Notes: generated by a model from the sequence alone, not told the origin. Shown: positions 47,231 through 61,971, counted from the first letter of the stretch. The stretch: DNA of 64,000 nucleotides from Trichodelitschia bisporula (GCA_010356995.1 ML996689.1:1382691-1446690), one strand, 5' to 3'. Made by a program: numbers and translations.

Positions 47231-49118
47231 ATGAATCCATTACTGGGTAACTACAGATTAAATACAGGATCGAATATGTACTAATGATGCGCAATAGATG
47301 CCCTTTTGACGCTCTTAATTCCTTCTATAACCTTCGCTCACCTGTATCTGTCCCCTTTCACGAAGGTTGAGGAGTCGTTCAACATCCAGGCGGCGCACGA
47401 CATATTGACATACGGCATTCCCTCTTCAAATCTTGTTGATCATCTGTCAAAGCACTACGATCACTTCAACTTTCCGGGACCCGTACCGCGAACTTTCTTT
47501 GGAGCTGCAACCCTTGCCGGTCTCGCGAAGCCATGGCTGGGGTTAGTAAAGTCCATGGAACAACAGCAGATCCTCGGTACGTCCAATCACTCTTGAAGCC
47601 ATGGGGCATTTGAACGCGACTAACAAATCGGAATAGTTCGTCAGATTCTGGGTCTTGCTAACGCACTCACCATTCTTTCCCTCCGCGGAGCCCTCAACCG
47701 TTGCTTCGGCGCTTCCGCTGGGAACTGGTATATCCTTCTTCAAGCCAGCCAGTTTCATGTCATCTACTATGCCTCCCGCACTCTGCCAAATATGTTTGCA
47801 TTTGTGCTAAGTATGTCTCTCATTGCCTTCTATTGGCTCAAGGCTAACTCACGCTGCCACCCTTGCCCTCCGGTACTATGTACTCGGTCTTGCTGAACCT
47901 CGTGGGTCCTTGAAAGCTCCAAGGCTCTATGGACAATCTTTATTCCTTCTCACTTTTGCTGGTGTCGTATTTCGCGCCGAGCTTGCCGTTCTCGTCCTCG
48001 CGCAGTCCGCAGTCCTGTTCTTAATCTGGAGGATCGGATTCAGGCCAATCTTCACTGCCGGCATGGCCGGGCTCTTTCTCGGATTACTAGCAACAGTTCC
48101 ACTCGATAGCCTTTTGTGGGATCGGGTCCCCACGTGGCCTGAACTGGTTGGCTTCTATTACAACACTGTGCTCGGCAAATCTTCCGATTGGGGAACCAGC
48201 CCATGGTACTTTTATTTCTTCAACGCCCTTCCTCGACTTCTTCTTAACCCCCTGACCTACGCTCTGCTCGTACCAAAAGTGTTCATCAATTCCGACACCC
48301 GCCAGCTAGCAAGCATGCTCCTTGCCCCATATATTGCCTTTGTAGGTCTGTATTCTTTCCTTCCCCACAAGGAGTGGCGCTTTATCATCTATGCTGTGCC
48401 AGCACTCACAGGAGTTGCCGCAGCAGGCGCTTCTCAAATCTGGACCGCATGGCGTTGCTCTCCTTCCCTGAAAAACCGCCTGCTTGCCACGACACTGGTA
48501 GCCTCTGTTCTGGCGAGCTTTGTCTTCAGCACCGCTCTACTCGCCATCTCAAGTGCGAACTACCCCGGCGGAATGGCAGTAGCGCAATTGAGGACGGTGA
48601 TTTCGCGTGATGGACACAATACGAGTGGGGCGGAGGTACTGGTCCACGCCGATAATCTGGTCTGCCAAACGGGCTTGACGCGGTTTCTGGAGCGACACGG
48701 CGCGGGGCACACCGGCGGAGAAGCGATGCTTGTTTTCGACAAGACGGAAGACGAAGAATTACGTCTTAGGCCGGAGTTTTGGTCAAAGTTTGATTACGTG
48801 CTTGCCGAGGCTCCGGAACGCGTGATTGGAAAGTGGGAAGTCGTTGGCGTTGTGAAAAGTTTCGCTGGGATCAAAGTTCTGAAACCGGGGATGGAAGAGG
48901 AGGGCGACGGCGAAGATGGACTGTTGAAGTCAATGACGGAGGCTAGCATCGAGGCTGGCTTGGGGAGGCAGGTGGCGGAATGGTGGGGCAATTTGAGGAG
49001 ATCCATGAGAGGGAGTATCACAAAGGGGTGGTGGATCGATATACGACTGGAGCCGAAAATTCACATTCTGCGGCGAGAGCGCACCCCGCCAGCGACAGCT
49101 GTAGTGTACGCCGACTAA
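47231..49118 (+). CDS. ALG12: Dol-P-Man:Man7GlcNAc2-PP-Dol alpha-1,6-mannosyltransferase
   Basis: [87 protein letters not shown]. Introns 47247-47297, 47577-47636 and 47811-47856 (the last has no AG acceptor). Confidence 0.92.
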
Positions 49119-49601
49119 AGGTGTTGATCAGTATTCACGGCTATGGCTCTGTACATTTACTCTTATAAAGCTCCCAAGTTCCCCGAGCTCACAATAATAT
49201 GAACTCATTGGATCCTTCATCCCACCTTACGCACCCTAGCTTCGACACGGTTGACAACAACAGAATGGCAACATCGTGAACTGGCTTCTCAGGAGGTCTC
49301 TACTATTACCTTCGGTCGGTAAATGGTTATTCCGGTGCACCGCCTCGGTGCAGAGACAGAGCCTGGACCCTCGACCCAGCTTGGCCATGCACAAGCCCCA
49401 TCGTCATTCCTTAGATCGAATCTCAGAGAAGCTCGTCTCGCCGCCCCCCCAGTTATCCTTGATCTCCAAGTTTATGTTGCGTACGTAGTACGTATCTACA
49501 GCTCGCAATCATACACACCAACTACTGCCATCTTACAACTATCACCAGTTACGATTGAGGTTCTTTTCGAAAGCTTCTGCCCAGATTCAAACACCGCCGC
49601 C

Positions 49602-50738
49602 ATGGCTTCAGCAGCTACCTTCGACGAAGACCTTACCATGGAGGCAAATCTGCAGTCTATACTGTCCCAGAAAACCCTTCGGTGGATCTTTGTAGGCGGA
49701 AAGGGTGGCGTCGGCAAGACCACTACATCGTGCTCCCTCGCCATCCAACTCGCGAAGCACCGTAAATCCGTCCTCCTCATCTCCACCGACCCTGCGCACA
49801 ACTTAAGCGACGCTTTTAACCAGAAGTTTGGAAAGGATGCGCGGCTGGTGGAAGGCTTCGACAACTTGAGTGCTATGGAGATCGATCCCAATGGAAGCAT
49901 TCAGGATGTGCTGGCGGCTGGCGGAGATGACGCGCAAGATGCCATGAACAGCCTGGGAGGCGTGGGGAACATGATGCAGGATCTGGCGTTCAGCGTACGT
50001 AGTTCATGTGATCCTAAAACATTCGGTGCTCGGCTTACCCTATCCAGATTCCCGGTGTCGACGAAGCCATGTCATTTGCCGAAGTCTTGAAGCAAGTCAA
50101 ATCGCTATCCTATGAAGTTATCGTATTCGATACAGCCCCCACGGGTCACACTCTGCGCTTCCTCCAGTTCCCCACCGTCATGGAGAAGGCTCTTGCCAAG
50201 CTCTCTCAGCTCTCTCAGCAGTTTGGACCCATGCTGAACACCTTCCTTGGTCAGCGGGGTGCTCTGCCTGGCGGGCAGAACCTGGAAGACATGCTCTCAA
50301 AGATGGAATCACTCAGGGAGACAATAGCGGAGGTCAACACTCAGTTCAAAGACGCCGATCTCACCACCTTTGTCTGCGTGTGCATCCCTGAGTTCTTGTC
50401 GCTGTACGAAACAGAGCGCATGATCCAGGAACTCAACAGCTACCACATTGACACGCACTCCATCGTAGTCAACCAGTTGCTTTTCCCGCGTAAGGATAAT
50501 CCGTGCGAGCAGTGCAACGCCCGCCGGAAAATGCAAAAGAAGTACTTGGACCAAATTGAGGAGCTGTACGAAGACTTCAATGTGGTCAAGATGCCACTCT
50601 TGGTGGAGGAGGTTCGCGGCAAGGAGAAACTCGAGAAGTGAGTAGATCTCCACCCCAACCCCCCCCCTTGCGTGCACACCGCTTATTCTATCCAGGTTCA
50701 GCGAGATGCTGGTGACTCCATTCCAGCCTCCCGAGTAG
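49602..50738 (+). CDS. GET3: Get3/ASNA1 ATPase
   Basis: [52 protein letters not shown]. Introns 49995-50047 and 50638-50695. Confidence 0.96.
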
Positions 50739-51922
50739 ATAAACGTCGGGGTGGTATCCTCTTTCCGCTCCATTGCCGACTGTCACCCCGCATCACTTTG
50801 ACCGGGTTCAGGGACTACGTCCGGCGATGGCGCGCAGTACTTCTGGGTTATGGTCTGACGCACATGGGTGGAATGGTATGGCATGATATGGTATGGCTTT
50901 GACTCGATACCACATACAAGGAGCTCATGACGCAGCCTTGTTGAGCTGACTACCGGCAACGATATAGGTTGCAATGTCGGTGCATCTGGACAGTTCTCAG
51001 CCCAACTAATTGACTTCATCTTCTGGAGCCATATGATGTCCCTCCCATGCACCAGGAACTGTACGATCTGAGTGTATGCTGGTTCTTTCATTATCGACGG
51101 TCGAAGGCCGCGTACACCCATGCTTGTGTCACCGATGTACCATTCCCCCTCCTTGGGACCTTGCGATCGACCGCATCGCGTGTCATTCATAGCAGCTCTA
51201 AAAATTACCTCAGCCCTAAGCGGGACAGGATGATAGTGAATTATCCGAAGCTGAGAGGTCCGAGACGAACTGTGTGGAGATAAGACACTGGGGTATCTTC
51301 TTGTGCCGAATCGACATCAGAGGTGGCTGGGCGGATTATTTATTCTCCGATGGGAAACACAGCGCCATCTGTGACTTCCTGCATCTCGTTCGTTCCATTT
51401 TCATTTCTTGTGTCCAATCCCGATCTCATGTGAGTACCCTCTGTGATATTCCTCCGAGTGGTAATCGATAGTCGGCGAGGGTCTGCGGCCCGCTTGCGCC
51501 CCGGTTCATCTCCCACCCCAAGCAATTCCGCCCTGTCCAATCATCACCTATAAGCGCGCTATGTCTGTCGGACACCACGCGCCTGTGGCGTGCAACATAA
51601 CTGGGGAGACTGCTTCACCAACGGATTATGCTACCTTTATGGACGTACACCCCGCACTAGTCAAGGGGAAATGGAAGTCTAGCCTAACACCGCATGAATT
51701 GAACTGATACCGTTCCTATTGCGGCACAGGTACGAGTAACATGTCCGAAAAATAGTGGGGACAAGTTTGCTTTGATGGCAAGGCTTAAGAAGACCCAGAG
51801 AGCTTCATGTCGATGATGGCTCGTCGGCCTTCATTCCCTTCCAATGCTCAAGTCATTCTCTTGCTGCCCTTCTGATATCTGATTCGTTCTTTGACTTCCG
51901 CGTGCCTCTCGTCCATGTCGCA

Positions 51923-53035
51923 ATGTTTCCTCTCTCTTCTGTGCTCCCTGCGTTTGCTTTGTTCCTCGCGGCTTCCGCCGCCGGTCCTATTGGACGGAGA
52001 GGTAAATGCTCCTGTGTTTGACAGCTTCAGCTCTCCCCATCTAGGAAGAGCTGAAGACTTAGCCGTCAACCCTATGCTAACGTCAGTTGCTCTGCAGCGA
52101 TCAGTACTTCATATTTTCAGACCTTCCAGCTTTACGAGCAGTATGCCGCGGCCGCCTATTGTCCAGGGAACAACAATTCTCCAAACACCAAGCTAATATG
52201 TCCGAGTGGCAATTGTCCGCTTGTTCAAAGCTCAAATACGAGCACGGTGACTGAGTTTCAAAAGTAGGTGCTCTGTGCGCTAGCTCAGCCTTGTCAAGCA
52301 TATGCTAAACCGATCGACAGCACATTAGAAACCGATGCCACCGGCTTCGTTGCGACAGACAATACAAATAAGGTGATTGTCATCTCTTTCCGTGGCAGCG
52401 TGTCCCTTCGGAACTTCATCACGGACTTCAATTTTCCCCTCATGCGGACAAGTCTCTGCCCCAATTGCCAGGGGAGCACAGGCTTTTGGACTTCGTGGGT
52501 TGAGGCCCGACCGCAGGTTCTTGATGCGGTCAAGAAAGGTGTAGCCTCCAACCCGGGCTACAAGATCGTGGCCACGGGACATTCCCTAGGCGGTGCTATG
52601 GCCACATTTGCGGCAGCGGAATTGAGGAATTTGGGGTATAATGTTGATTTGGTAAGAGCTGCTTACCTTGCTTCCTTCTCACGCATCTACTGACGGTGGT
52701 GTCAGTGCACTTTTGGATCTCCGCGGGTCGGAGACGACGCTACTGCGACTTTCATTACCAACCAAGCGCCCGCGAAAGGGGCGAACTGGCGCATGACGCA
52801 CTGGAATGATCCGGTTCCACGGCTGCCGCCCAGGGCGTTTGATTACGCTCATGTGAGTCCCGAGTACTACATCTCGGTGGGCAACGGTGCCCAGGTGACG
52901 TCGAACGACTTCATCACCTACCAGGGCATTACGAATTCCCAAGGGAATGCCAAGTGGATTCTGACGGATATACTTGCCCATGGTTGGTACTTCAATCAGA
53001 TTAGTGCCTGCAACCCAGGTATAATTGAAATTTGA
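51923..53035 (+). CDS. Secreted class-3 lipase
   Basis: Signal/propeptide MFPLSSVLPAFALFLAASAAGPIGRR, EQYAAAAYC, ISFRGS, TGHSLGG (GxSxG), TFGSPRVG, THWNDPVPRLPP, AHGWYF. Introns 52002-52097, 52264-52320, 52652-52705. Confidence 0.92.
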
Positions 53036-53863
53036 TTCAATTCAAGTCAACGCGTCCGTCCCTGTGATCTGTAAAGCTCAATGATGATGATGATGAGAAA
53101 AGGCTACAAGCCATGAGGTTCGAGGCTCTCTTACCAAGTCAACATCGGGAAACGGCAATAGGATCATTCCTTTGAATTAAATCCGGCCCTAGAGACACGC
53201 AAAGCACCGCGCATGCAAGACAGTGAGAAACACGGACCGGCGCTAAATAAACTATATCTGCAAGCCCTTCTCTTCGCTTTTCACAATCACATCCTCTCCA
53301 CTGACAGAAAATCCGCTGCTTTTTCAGGATGGCTCATCAACAGGAAGAGTCTCGTACATATGGCGACACAGCCCTTATTGCCACTTTCTACTCTCCCCTA
53401 TACAGCCCCTGCAGGCCTAACCCGCTATTTCATCCCCCTTTCTCTCGTCCTTTCATAAGGAAAAAGTAAAGCGAGGGAAACGCGGCGCTGGAGCAATTTG
53501 GTATCTTGAAAAAACGCCCAAAATAAGCAACATCGGAAAAGGCATCAACACACCGGATTAGATAATGCACAAAAACAATCAACGACTACATGATGCCTCA
53601 TATGTAAACAGCTCGAAAAACTTTAAGCCGGGAAAGCGTCCCTAAATAGATACGCAGGGGGTATGATGGGAAGCAGACAATTGGCGAAGAAGCCTTGTTA
53701 TGTGCGAAGAAGCTGGGGGTGTTCCAGTTAAAAGTATTATCGGAAACTCCCTGCGCGTCAGAATTCTTGCGCCAGTGCTAAACCATCTATGTTAGAAATC
53801 GAACGAATGTTGCCAGATATGATCCCGAATGGCGGTGCCTGGATGACGAAAGAGAGGAGGAGA

Positions 53864-56800
53864 TCATGGGCGAGCAATGGGGTTCCCCTTGGCATCCAAG
53901 TTGCCTATTGAAAAGTAAAGGTCAGGCATGTCACCCTAGAAGGTGGAACAGCTGAAAATCACAAGTGAACTAACCTGTGAGCTCGGCGACGCGGGCCTTG
54001 ATACGCGCGACACGAGACTCAATCGTTTCCTCACCACTGGTCTCGTCGTCATCCGTCCTCCCGCTCTGACTCCGGCTGCGAGTACCACCGTTCTGAGCAT
54101 GCTCCTCGTTCATCCGCTGAGCACGTTCGGCAGCGTTCTTCCGAATCTGGGCCCAGCGATCGGATTGAATCGCCGGAACCGGGGCCTCATCATCCTCCTC
54201 GGAAGCATTATCGACGGTAGGCTGGGCAACGGCTGCCGGCACCGGTGCAGGCGGAGGAATAGGCTTGGGGGAAATGATGGGGATAGAACTCGCGGAAGCC
54301 GACTGCGGAACAGATGGCCTGTAAACCGGACCCTTGGGCTGAACTGAAGCAGAAACTGGGACCTCCTTCCTGCGGACAGGCTCGGGTTGCTGGCGGTTCA
54401 ACAATGCAGCGGCACGGCTAGCAAAGTTTCCTGGCTGAAGAGGGGGCGACGGAGTGGCGGTAGGAGGAGATTCGGGCTCATCCTCAGGGACGAATGCGGG
54501 AACATCCTCAAGAGGGCCTTGGTTGAACCGCGAGACGCTGGGCTCGGGTTTGGGCACAGGCGCAGGAGCCGGTGCGGGCGCGCGAGTAGGTTCAGGCTGC
54601 CGAACGGGAGAAGGCTCCTTCGGAGCTGAGAATTTGCGCTCAGCAACAGGGGCTGGCCGCTCCACAACTGCCGGCTCAACCTTCTTGAGTGGTGCAGGCT
54701 CCGCCTTCGGTGCAGCTTCGAACTTCTTCACTGCGGGTTCCACGACGGTCCGCGGAGGAGCCTTCTGCAGCTTATGAGGCTGCTCCGGGGATGGGACCTT
54801 CTTGTTGAAGAACTTCTTGAAGCCCGCCGCCGTGGGAATATTCTCCTTATTTGGCCTCTTCGGCGATTCCGGGCTAGCAGATTTGGCCTCCCGGAGCGCA
54901 GGATGTTGATCAGGAGTGGTAATAGGAGGCTTCTCGTCGAAGTTGGTTCCGTTCTGCATAGGATTGAGCGAAGCACCGAAGGCGGATGTTTGCTGAGGGG
55001 GTGTGACAGGCCGGGTGGGCGAGGCTACGGGCTTCTGTACCGGAGTGGCTTCCTCCTTAGGCAAAGATGGCAGGTCCCGGTTCGACAAGTCGCGCGGCAG
55101 ACGGGGTGAATGTCCATTTGGTGAAGCCACGTTCAGAGCGCTGGTGCTGCCCCCCAGGTTTTCCCTAGACCGGCCTGTGCCTGCTGCTTTGTCCCCGAGG
55201 TAGGCTGCACGAACGACGTCTCGGTCGAAGCTGCTCGCCCACTTCATGGCAGGCCCAGCCTCCGCCACGACCGACGGTTGCAACGTCAGAACACTGTTGG
55301 TCTTCGTGGACTGTTCATCGCCGATGCGCGCGCGACGCTGAGCCTCGCCACCTGCCTTCTGATCCTGTTGGTCGCGCGCCAACTTTGCTGCTGCTGCCTG
55401 GATTTTGGCATGTTGCTCAGGACCAATTCTGCTCGCTGGAGTGCCTGCCGCCGAACGGCTGTAGAGATCCTCTGCAGCCTTCTTCTCCGCAGCCTTGGCG
55501 TGCAACGTCTTGCGACGGTTCAGCCGACCACGCTTCGTAAAGCTGAAGCGACTCTTCTTCTCGGCGATGTAAACCCCCTCATCCTGTCCCGGCGAAGCTC
55601 CCTTCACCTGCTCTTCGATCACCAGCCAATGTGCACCTTGAATTTCGGTTTCAATGAGGGCACACCGGCCGAATACAGCCTTGCGCTCCGCAGTCTCTTC
55701 GCCCGCCAGGCTGGTCATCCACACCCACCAGAAGGTCTCATCCAGATCAACCCGGTTCACGCTCGCAAGTTCTCCCGGCTCAAGTTGCTCCTCGCGATGT
55801 CCCGGGCGTACGTGAGACTGCGAACTGTGGCCACGAGGCGCTGAAAACGGAGACGGAAGCTGCTTGTCTGGCGGCAGGAGTGTTGGGTTCGCCTGGTCAG
55901 CGGCAAAGCCAGTAGACAGGAAGTCGGCCCAGGATGGGGTAGTGGGGCGCCCGAGGTCATCGATCCTCGAGGAGGGGCCATTCCGTAAGCTGTTGGTACT
56001 CTTGGACAAAGCAAGATCACCAGGCGTCGCCAGGGTGTCGGAAATGCTGGAAAATCCCATATCCTCAAAGCGCGACCAAGATCCATCCGGAACAGGAGAG
56101 TTGCTGGTGACAGGTCCAGGAGACTGGTTGGTTGAAGAAATACAGCTGAGCACGCGACGGCATTCGTCAGTCAAAGCCTGGACAGGGTCGTCGAATGAAG
56201 AGAAGCGTTGTAGAGCAACGTCGTCGTCCCTGTACTCGAAGTTCTTCGCGCGGCGAAGGAGAGCGAAAGGAGTGGGCGAAACAGAATCAACAATCATGAC
56301 GACTTTAGTCGTCGAGGACTGCATCAAGCTGGGTGTCTCGGGGGGGTATTCCGTCTGCGACAGAAGAGCTTGAAGCGATCGCGAAAGTTGTGAGATTCCA
56401 CTGACGCCGCCGATGGACTCTGGCGACAACGACCGGAGGTATGCGAAGAAGAGATGGCTAGTCGCATCTGCAGCACTGCAAGATATTAGCCAGTTCGCCT
56501 TTAGAGTCACGTCACGGAATCTTACTTCGCCCAGGACCGGTACCCGCCGTCAAACCCAGTGCCGTTGTCGGAGTGCTCGAAGGCCCACCACCCCGCCATA
56601 CGCGAGAGCTTGCGCCCACCCAAGCCATTGGTCTTCCCACGCGCTGCAATAGCTGCCAGCAGGTCGAAGAAATCAAAGACGATCTTTATCCGAGCGTCCG
56701 ACTCGCAGCTTATCGGGATGAAGACGGTAAAGGCATTCCGGGCCATGTTGGAATCTGATAAAAGGTGTGAGGTCACAGCAGGACTTTAGGCAAGATATCA

Positions 56801-57342
56801 CTTACCGATCTCACCGAGCCGAAACAGCTCGTATGTCTCCCACGTAACAATGCCACCCGGCAGTCTGCTCCAGCACCACTTCATTATGCTGCAAAGAACC
56901 TAGCAACCGTTAGCGGGGCCCGAACATTGCACGGGACAAGGCTGCGTACATTGGGTTCCATAAGGCGCAACTCTTGTTGCAGGTAGCGCACGATATCCCT
57001 ATTGCCTTCATATTGCTCCTTGAAGAAGTGGCGAATGAAGTTTTTGGAGCCGATTGGGTCGGAACCGGGCCGGAAGGGAAGCAAGAGGAATGGCATATCA
57101 AGCGCTGGCACAAGGAGTTAGCATGCGCCAATTCCAGCCGGTATCTGAAGCGATTGCTTACCTCTTGACTTCATCTCTTGTGTGCACTCGTGAATCAATT
57201 CCTGGATCTCCGCCGGTGACACCTCTTTGCGAGACCACGCCTCCTCCCACCGAGGCTTGGGTGGTGCAACATCCTGAACAGTGTCGGTGTTCTTCTTCGA
57301 CTTCCCCGCCGGGTCTCTCTTGAGAAACGAAAAGAATGGCAT
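53864..57342 (-). CDS. MSB1: Msb1/Mug8 (DUF1708) morphogenesis protein
   Basis: ALDMPFLLLPFRP, VLCSIMKWCWSRLPGGIVTW, NGLGGRKLSRMAGWWAF, AADATSHLFFAYLRSL, and C-terminal TIESRVARIKARVAELTGN. Introns 57161-57105, 56949-56900, 56805-56755, 56525-56476, 53974-53905. Confidence 0.82.
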
Positions 57343-60300
57343 TTTTTTAATGAGTGTCGATCCTAGTCAGCTAGACTTGCGAGGCATTCGCAGATGTAGT
57401 GTCGGTGGGGTCTTTGAGCGTGCTGAAAGTTGGAAGAGTGGCAAAAGGGGCTGTGTTCGAAGGCGTTGGGTTAGAGTTGGTGATCAATAGACACTGCAGA
57501 GGATGCGCGCTCGAATGGAAGAACGAATACCGCCGCAGGCGGGAAATAGGGGATAAGAGGCGACGCGAATTGATGGAGCAATGCGGTCACAGTTTTGCTT
57601 GCCTTCGGTGATGGGTTAAGTTTCGAGGTGATGCGATATGAACAAGGATAAGGGAAGAAGCGCGTCGCGCTGTCGTGGAGCGTGGAGCAATGTAGGTACA
57701 GTTAAGCTCGCAGGCCCCTGGTAGAAGATCTGGGGGGGTTTAAGGTGCAGTTGCCGGGTGGGTAGGGTGTGTGGAGAGGGGAAAGGGCTTGCAGAGCTGC
57801 AGGAGTGCCTGACCCAAAGGATGATTGGGGTAGGAGGGGACCGTGGGGAAACCGGGGAACAGGGCAAGAACGAAGAGAGGTTGATACTAGAGCAGAAAGG
57901 CAAGAGTGATCGAGAATCGACGACCGCAAATAGAAAGAAAATGGCACGAGCCTTCACGTACTTGTGATAGAAAGAGAAGATTTGATTGTATCGAAGGGGG
58001 TTGTGAATGGGTCGGGGGGAGAGACGACTGGGGGGGGGGGTGGGAGGAAAGAAAATTGATGAAGGACGCAAAGCAGCTAATGAGCGTGCTTTTGGGAGGG
58101 AGGCGGCGATTGGGGAACTCGTGGATCCCTGGGCAGTGGAGGTCCCTGAGATGGCTTGGTGTTTAGTGTTCGGTTGCTTCGGTGCTCGGTGCTTTCTGGT
58201 TATCGGGACTGGACTGAGGGGAACTGGCGGACGTGCGGAGTTGATTGATGGATATGTTACGCTTCTCTTGCTTCTGGGGAATGGGATGGAGAGAAAAGAA
58301 GAGAAGAGAGGACCTCTCAAATCTCAGCCTGCACTTTCAGGAGGTGGTGGATGTGGACCAGAAAATACAGAAAAGCCTCCCACCAGCCCGTCACCTTGCT
58401 GATCCCTGTCACCATCTGCCAGCACAGCAGACCGGCTCTTCAAGCCACCACCCAAACCAGTCCAGCCAATCCATCCCAATCCATTCAAGTTCCATTCCCA
58501 GTCCAACCTCTTAAAGTCTCAAAACTTGCGCTCCCCCGGCTCCAACACGCAATCAGAAGCTGTCCTGGCCCCAAAACTCCCTCAAGGCCTTCCCCACGGG
58601 GCCCATCGGCTCGTAGCTCTCGCGCTTCGCAATAGGTTGCGTCAGCCGCTTCGGTTATGCGTGCCAGCAATGCAGACGCGGCCAGCGCAATAGGCCGATC
58701 ATCGGATTCTTGCCAGCGTCAGTGCTTTAAGGCAAGCCCATTTTCACTGATGGAGCATTGTCTCTCCGGAAGCTTGACCGCTCCAGCGCCTACGTCGTGG
58801 ATTGGCAGATGGGCTTGTAGAAAACATGCGGGGTTCTGGCTGTACTATCTGCTACATTACATGCTCACAAGGCTCTCCCCGTGGCAGCCGTTGCCTCCCG
58901 TGCCTTTGTCACCGTCGTGGCCTTGGTGTGCAGTCCAATAAACGCCACACGACAGCTCACACTCGCTTCCCCCAGGGCCTTGTGGTTGTAGAACGCCGTA
59001 CATTTGTACAATCGGGCCGCTACGCAAGGTTGCGCGTTTCCTAACTTACCGACATGAACCGTTGCTTTCACAGTCGTACATCCGTAGTACGCGGACTTTG
59101 CCATCACCCGCGTGGACCCAAGTGAGCACGACATAGGCGGAGCGTGCCACTCCGTCGACGGGCCGGGCATGGGGAAGATGAAGGGCAGGTTGCCTTTGAC
59201 GAAGGCACGGCTTATCGCGGCTTTTGGCCACCATTCGAAGGTTTTCCGATGTCGAAACGACTGCACGGGCCTTGAACGGCTCCTACGCCATCCCGCATCG
59301 TGTCGGGGCAGATCGTGGGCTCGAGCTTGTCTAAGCTTCCCAGCCTTGGCCCTCTTGTCGCAACTCGACAATGTATCGGAGAAGCTGGTTGTGAGGAGTC
59401 TTGATGAGAGTCCGAGCATCCAAGCTCTGAAGACAATTCAATCCCCTGTAGGGAAGTACCTTTTTGGCAGCAACCGATGTCTGGTTAGTTACCACTTTTT
59501 GCTACGCATATGTCCTTTGTTACTCACGCGGGGGGGAGTCAATGGTCCGCACAGGTCGTTTCCTTGCTGTATATGCAGTAGAAGACCGACAGATCCGTGA
59601 CGACAGTATGACCACAACGAGCAATGCATAATATCTAAACTCAGTCCGCGAGTGCACCTGAATGTCAGAGCTAGGCCTATAAGTTTGTTAAATTGCTTTG
59701 CGCTCTTTGCGAGTCGATGTCCTTGCCTGGGCCTAACGGGTTGGCGATATCATTTTTCCCCGCATGCGACTCAACTCTCTGCGGGTTCAAGGGTCCAGGG
59801 GTCACCTAGGAAATTCGTGGCTGCCCACGTCCGCAGAAACTCCCAGACTGGGCAGCCACGACCTTTTCTGGAGCCCTTGGCCCATCTCACTGGCCAAACG
59901 TCCACTACGGACGATGAGCTGAATCGGAGCTGCCTGTCTTCGGATGCCCCCGCCGTCACTGGTAAAGTCGACGTCGGAGCCCCTCAATTGCTCACACTCC
60001 GAATCGTTCTCACTGTAGACGCAATGTCACTCAACGGTTGGAGATACCAATCCGGCTACCGGCGGGCAGCGGACTTTGAGTCGCCGACCTCGCATATTCA
60101 GGCGAGCCCCAGGAAAGACATGCCTTGACAATGCCAAACATAGATCTCTTCGTTCGCTGCAAAGTTGATGTCCTCGACTTCATGAGAAACCGCAATCGAT
60201 TCGGTCGAGGAGACGTTGGATCAGTTCGCGGAAGCCATAGTCTGCTATCGTCATCAAACGGCGGACCGGATAGCACCTGAAAGATTGCGCCTGTGAGTCC

Positions 60301-61971
60301 TGATTAAGGATGAAAGCTGCAATGAAGTCTTTGCATAGCCGCGTTGGAGGTCGTCTGTCTCTTGCCTATTGGTAGCGTACGGCAGCTTCCCTCGATTGCT
60401 AGCGCTAATTGTCCCAACTCGTCGGCACACGATCGAGTCGTCGCCTTTTGACGTCTATCCGCAAATATCTTCACGTTTCAGGCTGCAGCCCTACGAGGAG
60501 CGTCTCCAAAATTAGAGCAGACAGCGTGAACCGACGACAGTGGAATCTCTTATGCAGTTTGCGTCAGCCATTTCGTCGACGATTTTCGGATGTCGTTGGT
60601 TGTGGTAGTGGACTGCTCGGTGACGTGATTGGCTGGAGGCGGGGTTGGCAGGGCTTCATGAGCCAAACTCCAACTTCGACAGCTTAACCGCCGGCGTGGG
60701 AGATCATAATCGTAACCGGGCTTCGAGAAGACTGTACCAAATGGGCCTGCGGCCCCAACCCCAAGGCTTCTGATCACTGACTTCACCCCAGCTCTCCCCA
60801 TGCGCCAGTCAGGACCGTTGTCTGTGCGCTGCATCAAACGATGATCCCCATGGCTTGGGCGGGAGGCGGGAATCTGCAGATGAGGTTAAAAATAGGACGC
60901 TACCCCGCGACAACAGATCCACCCCACCACCTCGCCTGTTCGGAACATTTTGGCCTGTAATGCTTTGTCCTGGTCCGTTAAGCCAACTTCGACTGCCAAT
61001 CGACGTTTGCAATTAGACGTTTAGCCGCCAGATTCTCGTAAAGAGCCGACTTCTTGCTGCCAATATCCAACCCAGTCTCAGGGCGACGAGGCTCGGTGGG
61101 AACATGTGCTCATAATTCGAGGCTTCAACTGCATCTGCCGGGGTCACTGATCGGGTCTTTTTGGTCCATCGATTCGTCCGCCCCACATAGGACATGGCGT
61201 GGGCATAGCCTCACTTGGAATGCAACCAGGCTACTCTACCGGCTTGAACTGCACGTGGAATCAGCGAATTGACCCAGTATGGGTCCCTCATTCCCAGGCG
61301 ACGTGCGGACCACACCCGGAGGCTGTGAAAGTTCCTACAAGGCAAGGCATGTATTCAGTATCGCATGGCAGTCGGCAGTACGAGCAAAACCGAGTCTACG
61401 GAACGACCCGGGACAAGCTGGATTGGAAGTGCCCAAAACAGTGGCCCCGGGGATTACGGATTCCCTTTACGGCATGGGCAACTGGTCGCGAGAAGGTGGG
61501 ATACGTAGGGCTACTTTCTTTCTGATACAGCAGCAGGGAGCAGGTTGAAACGGCGATATTGCACTCACGTCTGTTCCGCGCACTGGCGGAGCTTTCGAGT
61601 ACAACGCCTCACGGTTTACGGTAAGAACTGCAATTGACGGTGACTCCCATAGGCGGCTGAAGTCTGAGGGCGAATGATGATGGTGATGCTTGAGGGGCGC
61701 ATTGTGCGCGAGGCACGGCGCGTTGAAGATGATGCAACGAGGCCATCTCTCTCAAGCAAGGCAAGGGTTGTAGTGACGGGGATGGTCGAGTTAGATTGTA
61801 TTTCTTGGATGTGTAGGGGGGGAGGACGCGGCACGAGATGGTGACAGTGTTCGACAATACTCAAACAGAGGAAGGCGATGAGGGGGTAAGTTGGCCCTGA
61901 GCTGGATACAAGGCCAGGCTTCAAGGAGAGGTAATGGCGGTTAAAAGTGACGAATGGAGGCAACAAAGGCC

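Noticed and set aside
57616..58320. 234-aa minus-strand ORF upstream of MSB1
   Set aside because: Low-complexity Pro/Ser/Phe translation of a CT-rich leader/promoter with a non-ATG start.
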